A stretch of 64,000 nt of DNA from Eledone cirrhosa (Eukaryota), in the NCBI GenBank assembly GCA_964016885.1, contig OZ024740.1, forward strand, positions 138,074,001-138,138,000. The letters are read 5' to 3'. The number at the start of each line of letters is the position of its first letter. The stretch's first letter is position 1. The notes beneath the pieces are model-generated. The model saw nothing but the letters and a program-made list of their open reading frames with translations, ran no database searches and was not told the DNA's origin. This document shows positions 1 through 12,700 of this stretch, one piece after another. The position numbers and the translations under genes are program-made.

Positions 1-3000
1 TCTCTTATCACTTTTCTCTCAATCTCCAATTCTCTCTTTCTCTTATCACTTTTCTCTCAATCTCCAATTCTCTCTTTCTCTTATCACTTTTCTCTCAATC
101 TCCAATTCTCTCTTTCTCTTATCACTTTTCTCTCAATCTCCAATTCGCTCTTTCTATTATCACTTTTCTCTCAATCACCAATTCTCTCTTTCTCTGATCA
201 CTTTTCTCTCAATCACCAATTCTCTCTTTCTCTTATCACATTTCTCTCAATCTCCAATTCTCTCTTTCTCTCATCACTTTTTGCTCAATCTCCAATTCTC
301 TCTTTCTCTTATCACTTTTCTCTCAATCTCCAATTCTCTCTTTTTCTTATCACTTTTCTCTCAATCTCTAATTCTCTCTGTTTCTTATCACTTTTCTCTC
401 AATCTCATATTCTCTCTTTCTCTTATTACTTTTCTCTCAATCTCCAATTCGCTCTTTCTCTTATCACTTTTCTCTCAATCTCCAATTCTCTCTGTCTCTT
501 ATCACTTTTTCTCACAATCTCCAATTCTCTCTTTTTCTTATCACTTTTCCCTCAATCTCCAATTCTCTCTTTCTCTTATCACTTTTCTCTCAAACTCCCA
601 TTCTCTCTTTCTCTTTTGACTTTTCTCTCAATCTTCAATTCTCTCTTTCTCTTATCACTTATCCCCCAATCTACAATTCTCTCTTTCTCTTATCACTTTT
701 TGCTCAATCTCCAATTCTCTCTTTCTCTTATCACTTTTCTCTCAATCTCCAATTCTCTCATTCTCTTATCACTGTTCTCTCAATCTCCAATTCTCTATGT
801 TTCTTAACACTTGTCTCTCAATCTCCAATTCTCTCTCTCTGTTATCACTTTTCCCCCAATCTCCCATTCTCTCTCTCTCATATCACTTTTCTCTCAATCT
901 CCAATTCTCTCTTTCTCTTATCACTTTTCCCCCAATCTCCCATTCTCTCTCTCTCTCATATCACTTTTCTCTCAATCTCCAATTCTCTCTTTCTCTTATC
1001 ACTTTTCTCTCAATCTCCAATTCTCTCTTTCTCTTATCACTTTTTGCTCAATCTCCAATTCTCTCTTTCTCTTATCACTTTTCTCTCAATCTCCAATTCT
1101 CTCTTTCTCTTATCACTTTTCTCTCAATCTCCAATTCTCTCTTTCTCTTATCACTTTTCTCTCAATCTCCAATTCTCTCTTTCTCTTATCACTTTTCTCT
1201 CAATCTCCAATTCTCTCTTTCTCTTATCACTTTTATCTCAATCTCCAATTCTCTCTTTCTCATATCACTTTTCTCTCAATCTCCAATTCTCTCTTTCTAT
1301 TATCACTTTTCTCTCAATCTCCAATTCTCTCTTTCTCTTATCACTTTTCTGTCAATCTCCAATTCTCTCTTTCTCTTATCACTTTTCTCTCAATCACCAA
1401 TTCTCTCTTTCTCTTATCACATTTCTCTCAATCTCCAATTCTCTCTTTCTCTTATCACTTTTTGCTCAATCTCCAATTCTCTCTTTCTCTTATCACTTTT
1501 CTCTCAATCTCCAATTCTCTCTTTCTCTTATCGCTTTTCTCTCAATCTCCAATTCACTCTTTCTCTTATCACTTTTCTCTCAATCTCCAATTCTCTCTTT
1601 CTCTTATCACTTTTCTATCAATCTCCAATTCTCTCTTTCTCTTATCACTTTTCTCTCAATCTCCAATTCTCTCTTTCTCTTATCACTTTTCTCTCAATCT
1701 CCAATTCTCTCTTTCTCTTATAACTTTTCTCTCAATCTCCAATTCTCTCTTTCTCTTATTACTTTTCTCTCAATCTCCAATTCTCTCTTTCTCTTATCAC
1801 TTTTCTCTCAATTACCAATTCTCTCTTTCTCTTATCATATTTCTCTCAATCTCCAATTCTCTCTTTCTCTTATCACTTTTTGCTCAATCTCCAATTCTCT
1901 CTTTCTCTTATCACTTTTCTCTCAATCTCCAATTCTCTCTTTCTCTTATCACTTTTCTCTCAATCTCCAATTCACTCTTTCTCTTATCACTTTTCTCTCA
2001 ATCTCCAATTCTCTCTTTCTCTTATCACTTTTCTCTCAATCTCCAATTCTCTCTTTCTCTTATCACTTTTCTCTCAATCTCCAATTCTCTCTTTCTCTTA
2101 TCACTTTTCTCTCAATCTCCAATTCTCTCTTTCTCTTATAACTTTTCTCTCAATCTCCAATTCTCTCTTTCTCTTATTACTTTTCTCTCAATCTCCAATT
2201 CTCTCTTTCTCTTATCACTTTTCTCTCAATCTCCAATTCTCTCTTTCTCTTATCACTTTTCTCTCAATCTCCAATTCTCTCTGTCTCTTATCACTTTTTC
2301 TCACAATCTCCAATTCTCTCTTTTTCTTATCACTTTTCCCTCAATCTCCAATTCTCTCTTTCTCTTATCACTTTTCTCTCAACCTCCCATTCTCTCTTTC
2401 TCTTATCACTTTTCTCTCAATCACCAATTCTGTATGTCTCTTATCACTTTTCTCTGACTCTCCAATTCTCTCTTTCTCTTATCACTTTTCTCTCAATCTT
2501 CAATTCTCTCTTTCTCTTATCACTTATCCCCCAATCTACAATTCTCTCTTTCTCTTATCACTTTTTGCTCAATCTCCAATTCTCTCTTTCTCTTATCACT
2601 TTTCTCTCAATCTCCAATTCTCTCTTTCTCTTATCACTTTTCTCTCAATCTCCAATTCTCTCTGTTTCTTAACACTTTTCTCTCAATCTCCAATTCTCTC
2701 TCTCTGTTATCACTTTTCCCCCAATCTCCCATTCTCTCTCTCTCATATCACTTTTCTCTCAATCTCCAATTCTCTCTTTCTCTTATCACTTTTCCCCCAA
2801 TCTCCCATTCTCTCTCTCTCATATCACTTTTCTCTCAATCTCCAATTCTCTCTTTCTCTTATCAATTTTCTCTCAAATCTCCTATTCTCTCTTTCTCTTA
2901 TCACTTTTCTCTCAATCTCCAATTCTCTCTTTGTCTTATCACTTTTCTCTCAATCTCCAATTCTCTCTTTCTCTTATCACTTTTCTCTCAATCTCCAATT

Positions 3001-5280
3001 CTCTCTTTCTCTTATCACTTTTCTCTCAATCTCCAATTCTCTCTTTCTCTTATCACTTTTCTCTCAATCTCCAATTCTCTCTTTCTCTTATCACTTTTCT
3101 CTCAATCTCCAATTCGCTCTTTCTATTATCACTTTTCTCTCAATCACCAATTCTCTCTTTCTCTGATCACTTTTCTCTCAATCACCAATTCTCTCTTTCT
3201 CTTATCACATTTCTCTCAATCTCCAATTCTCTCTTTCTCTCATCACTTTTTGCTCAATCTCCAATTCTCTCTTTCTCTTATCACTTTTCTCTCAATCTCC
3301 AATTCTCTCTTTTTCTTATCACTTTTCTCTCAATCTCTAATTCTCTCTGTTTCTTATCACTTTTCTCTCAATCTCATATTCTCTCTTTCTCTTATTACTT
3401 TTCTCTCAATCTCCAATTCGCTCTTTCTCTTATCACTTTTCTCTCAATCTCCAATTCTCTCTGTCTCTTATCACTTTTTCTCACAATCTCCAATTCTCTC
3501 TTTTTCTTATCACTTTTCCCTCAATCTCCAATTCTCTCTTTCTCTTATCACTTTTCTCTCAAACTCCCATTCTCTCTTTCTCTTTTGACTTTTCTCTCAA
3601 TCTTCAATTCTCTCTTTCTCTTATCACTTATCCCCCAATCTACAATTCTCTCTTTCTCTTATCACTTTTTGCTCAATCTCCAATTCTCTCTTTCTCTTAT
3701 CACTTTTCTCTCAATCTCCAATTCTCTCTTTCTCTTATCACTGTTCTCTCAATCTCCAATTCTCTATGTTTCTTAACACTTGTCTCTCAATCTCCAATTC
3801 TCTCTCTCTGTTATCACTTTTCCCCCAATCTCCCATTCTCTCTCTCTCATATCACTTTTCTCTCAATCTCCAATTCTCTCTTTCTCTTATCACTTTTCCC
3901 CCAATCTCCCATTCTCTCTCTCTCTCATATCACTTTTCTCTCAATCTCCAATTCTCTCTTTCTCTTATCACTTTTCTCTCAATCTCCAATTCTCTCTTTC
4001 TCTTATCACTTTTTGCTCAATCTCCAATTCTCTCTTTCTCTTATCACTTTTCTCTCAATCTCCAATTCTCTCTTTCTCTTATCACTTTTCTCTCAATCTC
4101 CAATTCTCTCTTTCTCTTATCACTTTTCTCTCAATCTCCAATTCTCTCTTTCTCTTATCACTTTTCTCTCAATCTCCAATTCTCTCTTTCTCTTATCACT
4201 TTTATCTCAATCTCCAATTCTCTCTTTCTCATATCACTTTTCTCTCAATCTCCAATTCTCTCTTTCTATTATCACTTTTCTCTCAATCTCCAATTCTCTC
4301 TTTCTCTTATCACTTTTCTGTCAATCTCCAATTCTCTCTTTCTCTTATCACTTTTCTCTCAATCACCAATTCTCTCTTTCTCTTATCACATTTCTCTCAA
4401 TCTCCAATTCTCTCTTTCTCTTATCACTTTTTGCTCAATCTCCAATTCTCTCTTTCTCTTATCACTTTTCTCTCAATCTCCAATTCTCTCTTTCTCTTAT
4501 CGCTTTTCTCTCAATCTCCAATTCACTCTTTCTCTTATCACTTTTCTCTCAATCTCCAATTCTCTCTTTCTCTTATCACTTTTCTATCAATCTCCAATTC
4601 TCTCTTTCTCTTATCACTTTTCTCTCAATCTCCAATTCTCTCTTTCTCTTATAACTTTTCTCTCAATCTCCAATTCTCTCTTTCTCTTATTACTTTTCTC
4701 TCAATCTCCAATTCTCTCTTTCTCTTATCACTTTTCTCTCAATCTCCAATTCTCTCTTTCTCTTATCACTTTTCTCTCAATCTCCAATTCTCTCTGTCTC
4801 TTATCACTTTTTCTCACAATCTCCAATTCTCTCTTTTTCTTATCACTTTTCCCTCAATCTCCAATTCTCTCTTTCTCTTATCACTTTTCTCTCAACCTCC
4901 CATTCTCTCTTTCTCTTATCACTTTTCTCTCAATCACCAATTCTCTATGTCTCTTATCACTTTTCTCTGACTCTCCAATTCTCTCTTTCTCTTATCACTT
5001 TTCTCTCAATCTTCAATTCTCTCTTTCTCTTATCACTTATCCCCCAATCTACAATTCTCTCTTTCTCTTATCACTTTTTGCTCAATCTCCAATTCTCTCT
5101 TTCTCTTATCACTTTTCTCTCAATCTCCAATTCTCTCTTTCTCTTATCACTTTTCTCTCAATCTCCAATTCTCTCTGTTTCTTAAGACTTTTCTCTCAAT
5201 CTCCAATTCTCTCTCTCTGTTATCACTTTTCCCCCAATCTCCCATTCTCTCTCTCTCATATCACTTTTCTCTCAATCTCC
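1..5280 (+). repeat. Higher-order tandem duplication, unit ~2,969 bp (1-2969 vs 2970-~5280; second copy 456 bp shorter internally)
   Basis: The variant AATTCGCTC has its G at 147 and 3116. ORF pairs 281/3250, 797/3766, 811/3780 and 1044/4013 are all offset by 2,969. The offset later falls to 2,513 (ORF ends 2457/4970; marker 2526/5039). Confidence 0.9.
1380..2210 (+). repeat. Nested 418-bp (11-monomer) tandem duplication
   Basis: TTTTGCTC (G at 1464 and 1882), AATTCACTC (~1556/1974) and TTATAAC (TAA ends 1723/2141) all recur at +418. The duplication is absent from the sister copy at ~4.4-4.7 kb. Confidence 0.8.
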
Positions 5281-6789
5281 AATTCTCTCTCTCTTTTATC
5301 ACTTTTTCTCTCAATCTCCAATTCTCTCTTTTTCTTATCACTTTTCCCTCAATCCCCAATTCTCTCTTTCTGTTATCACTTTTCTCTCAACCTCCCATTC
5401 TCTCTTTCTCTTATGACTTTTCTCTCAATCACCAACTCTCTATGTCTCTTATCACTTTTCTCTGAATATCCAATTCTCTCTTTCTCTTATCACTTTTCTC
5501 TCAATCTCCAATTCTCTCTTTCTCTTATCACTTTTCTCTCAATCTCCAATTCTCTCTTTCTCCTATCACTTTTCTCTCAATCTCATATTCTCTCTGTTTC
5601 TTATTACTTTTCTCTCAATCACCAATTCTCTCTCTCTCATATCACTTTTCTCTCAATCTCCAATTCTCTCTTTCTCTTATCACTTTTCTCTCAATCTCCA
5701 ATTCTCTCTTTCTCTTATCACTTTTCTCTCAATCTCCAATTCTCTCTTTCTCTTATCACTTTTCTCTCAATCTCCAATTCTCTCTTTCTCTTTTCACTTT
5801 TCCCCCAATCTCCAATTCTCTCTTTCTCTTATCACTTTTCTCTCAATCTCCAATTCTCTCATTCTCCTATCACTTTTCTCCCAATTTCCAATTCTCTCTG
5901 TTTCTTATCACTTTTCTCTCAATCTCCAATTCTCTCTTTCTCTTATCACTTTTCTCTCAATATCCAATTCTCTCTCTCTCTTATCACTTTTCTCTCAATC
6001 TCCAATTCTCTCTTTCTCTTATCACTTTTCTCCCAATCTCCAATTCTCTCTGTTTCTTATCACTTTTCTCTCAATCTCCACTTCTCTCTTTCTCTTATCA
6101 CTTTTCTCTCAATCTCCAATTCTCTCTTTCTCTTATCACTTTTCTCTCAATCTCCAATTCTCTCTTTCTTTTATCACTTTTCTCTCAATCTCCAATTCTC
6201 TCTCTCTCTTATCACTTTCTCTCTCAATCTCCAATTCTCTCTTTTTTTATCACTTTTCCCTCAATCTCCAATTCTCTCTTTCTCTTATCACTTTTCTCTC
6301 AATCTCCAATTCTCTCTTTCTCTTATCACTTTTCTCTCAATCTCCAATTCTCTCTTTCTCTTATCACTTTTCTCTCAATCTCCAATCCTCTCTTTCTCTT
6401 ATCACTTTTCTCTCAATGTCCAATTCTCTCTGTTTCTTATCACTTTTCTCTCAATCTCCAATTCTCTCTCCCTGTTATCACTTTTCCCCCAATCTCCCAT
6501 TCTCTCTCTCTCATATCACTTTTCTCTCATTCTCCAATTTTCTCTTTCTCTTATCACATTTCTCTCAATCTCCACTTCTCTCTTTCTCTTATCACTTTTC
6601 TCTCAACCTACCATTCTCTCTTTCTCTTATGACTTTTCTCTCAATCACCAATTCTCCCTGTCTCTTATCACTTTTCTCTCAATCACCAATTCTCTCTGAC
6701 TCTTATCACTTTTCTCTCAATCTCCAAATCTCTCTTTCTCTTATCACTTTTCTCTCAATCTCCAATTCTCTCTTACTCTTATCACTTTT

Positions 6790-9700
6790 CTCTCAATCTC
6801 CAATTCTCTCTTTCTCTCATCACTTTTCTCTCAATCTCCAATTCTCTCTTTTTCTTATCACTTTTATCTCAATCTCCAATTCTCTCTTTCTGTTATCACT
6901 TTTCTCTCAATCTCCAATTCTCTCTGTCTCTTATCACTTTTCTCTCAATCACCAATTCTCTCTTTCTCTTATCATATTTCTCTCAATCTCCAATTCTCTC
7001 TTTCTCTTATCACTTTTTGCTCAATCTCCAATTCTCTCTTTCTCTTATCACTTTTCTCTCAATCTCTAATTCTCTCTTTCTCTTATCACTTTTCTCTCAA
7101 TCTCCAATTCACTCTTTCTCTTATCACTTTTCTCTCAATCTCCAATTCTCTCTTTCTCTTATCACTTTTCTCTCAATCTCCAATTCTCTATTACTCTTAT
7201 TACTTTTTTCTCAATCTCTAATTCTCTCTTTCTCTTATCACTTTTCTCTCAATCTCCAATTCTCTCTTTCTCTTATCACTTTTCTCTCAATCTCCAATTC
7301 TCTCTTTCTCTGATCACGTTTCTCTCAATCTCCAATTCTCTCTTTCTCTTATCACTTTTCTCTCAATCTCCAATTCTCTCATTCTCTTATCACTTTTCTC
7401 TCAATCTCCAATTCTCTCTTTCTCTTATCACTTTTCTCTCAATCTCCAATTCTCTCTCTCTGTTATCACTTTTCCCCTAATCTCCCATTCTCTCTCTCTC
7501 ATATCACTTTTCTCTCAATCTCCAATTCTCTCTTTCTCTTATCACTTTTCCCCCAATCTCGCATTCTCTCTCTCTCATATCACTTTTCTCTCAATCTCCC
7601 ATTCTCTCTTTCTCTTATAACTTTTCTCTCAATGACCAATTCTCTCTTTCTCTTATCACTTTTCTCTCAATCTCCAATTCTCTCTGTTTCTTATCACTTT
7701 TCTCTCAATCTCCAATTCTCCCTTTCTCTTATCACTTTTCTCTCAATCTCCAATTCTCTCTTTCTCCTATCACTTTTCTCTCAATCTCCAATTCTCTCTG
7801 TTTCTTATCACTTTTCTCTCAATCTCTAATTCTCTCTCTCTCATATCACTTTTCTCTCAATCTCCAATTCTCTCTTTCTCTTATCACTTTTCTCTCAATC
7901 TCCAATTCTCTCTTTCTCTTATCACTTTTCTCTCAATCTCCAATTCTCTCTTTCTCTTATCACTTTTCTCTCAATCTCCAATTCTCTCTTTCTCTTATCA
8001 CTTTTCTCTCAATCTCCAATTCTCTCTTTCTCTTATCACTTTTCTCTCAATCTCCAATTCTCTCTTTCTCTTATCACTTTTCTCTCAATCTCCAATTCTG
8101 TTTGTCTCTTATCACTTTTCCCCCAATCTCCAATTCTCTCTTTCTCTTATCACTTTTCTCTCAATCTCCAATTCTCTCTTTCTCTTATCACTTTTCTCCC
8201 AATCTCCAATTCTCTCTGTTTCTTATCAATTTTCTCTCAATCTCCAATTCTCTCTTTCTCTTATCACTTTTCTCTCAATCTCCAATTCTCTCTTTCTCTT
8301 ATCACTTTTCTCTCAATCTCCAATTCTCTCTTTCTCTTATCACTTTTCTCTCAAACTCCAATTCTCTCTTTTTCTTATCACTTTTCTCCCAATCTCCAAT
8401 TCTCTCTGTTTCTTATCACTTTTCTCTCAATCTCCAATTCTCTCTTTCTCTTATCACTTTTCTCTCAATCTCCAATTCTCTCTTTCTCTTATCACTTTTC
8501 TCTCAATCTCATATTCTCTCTTTCTCTTATTACTTTTCTCTCAATCTCCAATTCTCTCTTTCTCTTATCACTTTTCTCTCAATCTCCAATTCTCTCTGTC
8601 TCTTATCACTTTTTCTCACAATCTCCAATTCTCTCTTTTTCTTATCACTTTTCCCTCAATCTCCAATTCTCTCTTTCTCTTATCACTTTTCTCTCAACCT
8701 CCCATTCTCTCTTTCTCTTATGACTTTTCTCTCAATCACCAATTCTCTATGTCTCTTATCACTTTTCTCTGACTCTCCAATTCTTTCTTTCTCTTATCAC
8801 TTTTCTCTCAATCTTCAATTCTCTCTTTCTCTTATCACTTATCCCCCAATCTACAATTCTCTCTTTCTCTTATCACTTTTTGCTCAATCTCCAATTCTCT
8901 CTTTCTCTTATCACTTTTCTCTCAATCTCCAATTCTCTCTTTCTCTTATCACTTTTCTCTCAATCTCCAATTCTCTCTGTTTCTAAACACTTTTCTCTCA
9001 ATCTCCAATTCTCTCTCTCTGTTATCACTTTTCCCCCAATCTCCCATTCTCTCTCTCTCATATCACTTTTCTCTCAATCTCCAATTCTCTCTTTCTCTTA
9101 TCACTTTTCCCCCAATCTCCCATTCTCTCTCTCTCATATCACTTTTCTCTCAATCTCCAATTCTCTCTTTCTCTTATCAATTTTCTCTCAAATCTCCTAT
9201 TCTCTCTTTCTCTCATCACTTTTCTCTCAATCTCCAATTCTCTCTTTCTCTCATCACTTTTCTCTCAATCTCCAATTCTCTCTTTCTCTTATCACTTTTC
9301 TCTCAATCTCCAATTCTCTCTTTGTCTTATCACTTTTCTCTCAATCTCCAATTCTCTCTTTCTCTTATCACTTTTCTCTCAATCTCCAATTCTCTCTTTC
9401 TCTTATCACTTTTCTCTCAATCTCCAATTCTCTCTTTCTCTTATCACTTTTCTCTCAATCTCCAATTCTCTCTTTCTCTTATCACTTTTCACTCAATCTC
9501 CAATTCTCTCTTTCTCTTATCACTTTTCTCTCAATCTCCAATTCTCTCTTTCTCTTATCACTTTTATCTCAATCTCCAATTCTCTCTTTCTCATATCACT
9601 TTTCTCTCAATCTCCAATTCTCTCTTTCTATTATCACTTTTCTCTCAATCTCCAATTCTCTCTTTCTCTTATCACTTTTCTCTCAATCTCCAATTCTCTC

Positions 9701-12700
9701 TTTCTCTCATCACTTTTCTCTCAATCTCCAATTCTCTCTTTTTCTTATCACTTTTATCTCAATCTCCAATTCTCTCTTTCTGTTATCACTTTTCTCTCAA
9801 TCTCCAATTCTCTCTGTCTCTTATCACTTTTCTCTCAATCACCAATTCTCTCTTTCTCTTATCATATTTCTCTCAATCTCCAATTCTCTCTTTCTCTTAT
9901 CACTTTTTGCTCAATCTCCAATTCTCTCTTTCTCTTATCACTTTTCTCTCAATCTCCAATTCTCTCTTTCTCTTATCACTTTTATCTCAATCTCCAATTC
10001 TCTCTTTCTCATATCACTTTTCTCTCAATCTCCAATTCTCTCTTTCTATTATCACTTTTCTCTCAATCTCCAATTCTCTCTTTCTCTTATCACTTTTCTC
10101 TCAATCTCCAATTCTCTCTTACTCTTATCACTTTTCTCTCAATCTCCAATTCTCTCTTTCTCTCATCACTTTTCTCTCAATCTCCAATTCTCTCTTTTTC
10201 TTATCACTTTTATCTCAATCTCCAATTCTCTCTTTCTGTTATCACTTTTCTCTCAATCTCCAATTCTCTCTGTCTCTTATCACTTTTCTCTTAATCACCA
10301 ATTCTCTCTTTCTCTTATCATATTTCTCTCAATCTCCAATTCTCTCTTTCTCTTATCACTTTTTGCTCAATCTCCAATTCTCTCTTTCTCTTATCACTTT
10401 TCTCTCAATCTCTAATTCTCTCTTTCTCTTATCACTTTTCTCTCAATCTCCAATTCACTCTTTCTCTTATCACTTTTCTCTCAATCTCCAATTCTCTCTT
10501 TCTCTTATCACTTTTCTCTCAATCTCCAATTCTCTATTTCTCTTATTACTTTTTTCTCAATCTCTAATTCTCTCTTTCTCTTATCACTTTTCTCTCAATC
10601 TCCAATTCTCTCTTTCTCTTATCACTTTTCTCTCAATCTCCAATTCTCTCTTTCTCTGATCACGTTTCTCTCAATCTCCAATTCTCTCTTTCTCTTATCA
10701 CTTTTCTCTCAATCTCCAATTCTCTCATTCTCTTATCACTTTTCTCTCAATCTCCAATTCTCTCTTTCTCTTATCACTTTTCTCTCAATCTCCAATTCTC
10801 TCTCTCTGTTATCACTTTTCCCCTAATCTCCCATTCTCTCTCTCTCATATCACTTTTCTCTCAATCTCCAATTCTCTCTTTCTCTTATCACTTTTCCCCC
10901 AATCTCGCATTCTCTCTCTCTCATATCACTTTTCTCTCAATCTCCCATTCTCTCTTTCTCTTATAACTTTTCTCTCAATGACCAATTCTCTCTTTCTCTT
11001 ATCACTTTTCTCTCAATCTCCAATTCTCTCTTTCTCTTATCACTTTTCTCTCAATCTCCAATTCTCTCTTTCTCTTATCACTTTTCTCTCAATCTCCAAT
11101 TCTTTCTTTCTCTTATCACTTTTCTCTCAATCTCCAATTCTCTCTTTCTGTTATCAATTTTCTCTCAATCACCAATTCTCTCTTTCTCTTATCACTTTTC
11201 TCTCAATCTCCAATTCTCTCTTTCTCTTATCACTTTTCTCTTAATCTCCAATTCTCTCTCTCTTTTATCACTTTTTCTCTCAATCTCCAATTCTCTCTTT
11301 TTCTTATCACTTTTCCCTCAATCTCCAATTCTCTCTTTCTGTTATCACTTTTCTCTCAACCTCCCATTCTCTCTTTCTCTTATCACTTTTCTCTCAATCT
11401 CCAATTCTCTCTTTCTCTTATCACTTTTCTCTCAATCTCCAATTCTCTCTGTTTCTTATCACTTTTCTCTCAATCTCCAATTCTCCCTTTCTCTTATCAC
11501 TTTTCTCTCAATCTCCAATTCTCTCTTTCTCCTATCACTTTTCTCTCAATCTCCAATTCTCTCTGTTTCTTATCACTTTTCTCTCAATCTCTAATTCTCT
11601 CTCTCTCATATCACTTTTCTCTCAATCTCCAATTCTCTCTTTCTCTTATCACTTTTCTCTCAATCTCCAATTCTCTCTTTCTCTTATCACTTTTCTCTCA
11701 ATCTCCAATTCTCTCTTTCTCTTATCACTTTTCTCTCAATCTCCAATTCTCTCTTTCTCTTATCACTTTTCTCTCAATCTCCAATTCTCTCTTTCTCTTA
11801 TCACTTTTCTCTCAATCTCCAATTCTGTTTGTCTCTTATCACTTTTCCCCCAATCTCCAATTCTCTCTTTCTCTTATCACTTTTCTCTCAATCTCCAATT
11901 CTCTCTTTCTCTTATCACTTTTCTCCCAATCTCCAATTCTCTCTGTTTCTTATCAATTTTCTCTCAATCTCCAATTCTCTCTTTCTCTTATCACTTTTCT
12001 CTCAATCTCCAATTCTCTCTTTCTCTTATCACTTTTCTCTCAATCTCCAATTCTCTCTTTCTCTTATCACTTTTCTCTCAAACTCCAATTCTCTCTTTTT
12101 CTTATCACTTTTCTCCCAATCTCCAATTCTCTCTGTTTCTTATCACTTTTCTCTCAATCTCCAATTCTCTCTTTCTCTTATCACTTTTCTCTCAATCTCC
12201 AATTCTCTCTTTCTCTTATCACTTTTCTCTCAATCTCATATTCTCTCTTTCTCTTATTACTTTTCTCTCAATCTCCAATTCTCTCTTTCTCTTATCACTT
12301 TTCTCTCAATCTCCAATTCTCTCTGTCTCTTATCACTTTTTCTCACAATCTCCAATTCTCTCTTTTTCTTATCACTTTTCCCTCAATCTCCAATTCTCTC
12401 TTTCTCTTATCACTTTTCTCTCAACCTCCCATTCTCTCTTTCTCTTATGACTTTTCTCTCAATCACCAATTCTCTATGTCTCTTATCACTTTTCTCTGAC
12501 TCTCCAATTCTTTCTTTCTCTTATCACTTTTCTCTCAATCTTCAATTCTCTCTTTCTCTTATCACTTATCCCCCAATCTACAATTCTCTCTTTCTCTTAT
12601 CACTTTTTGCTCAATCTCCAATTCTCTCTTTCTCTTATCACTTTTCTCTCAATCTCCAATTCTCTCTTTCTCTTATCACTTTTCTCTCAATCTCCAATTC

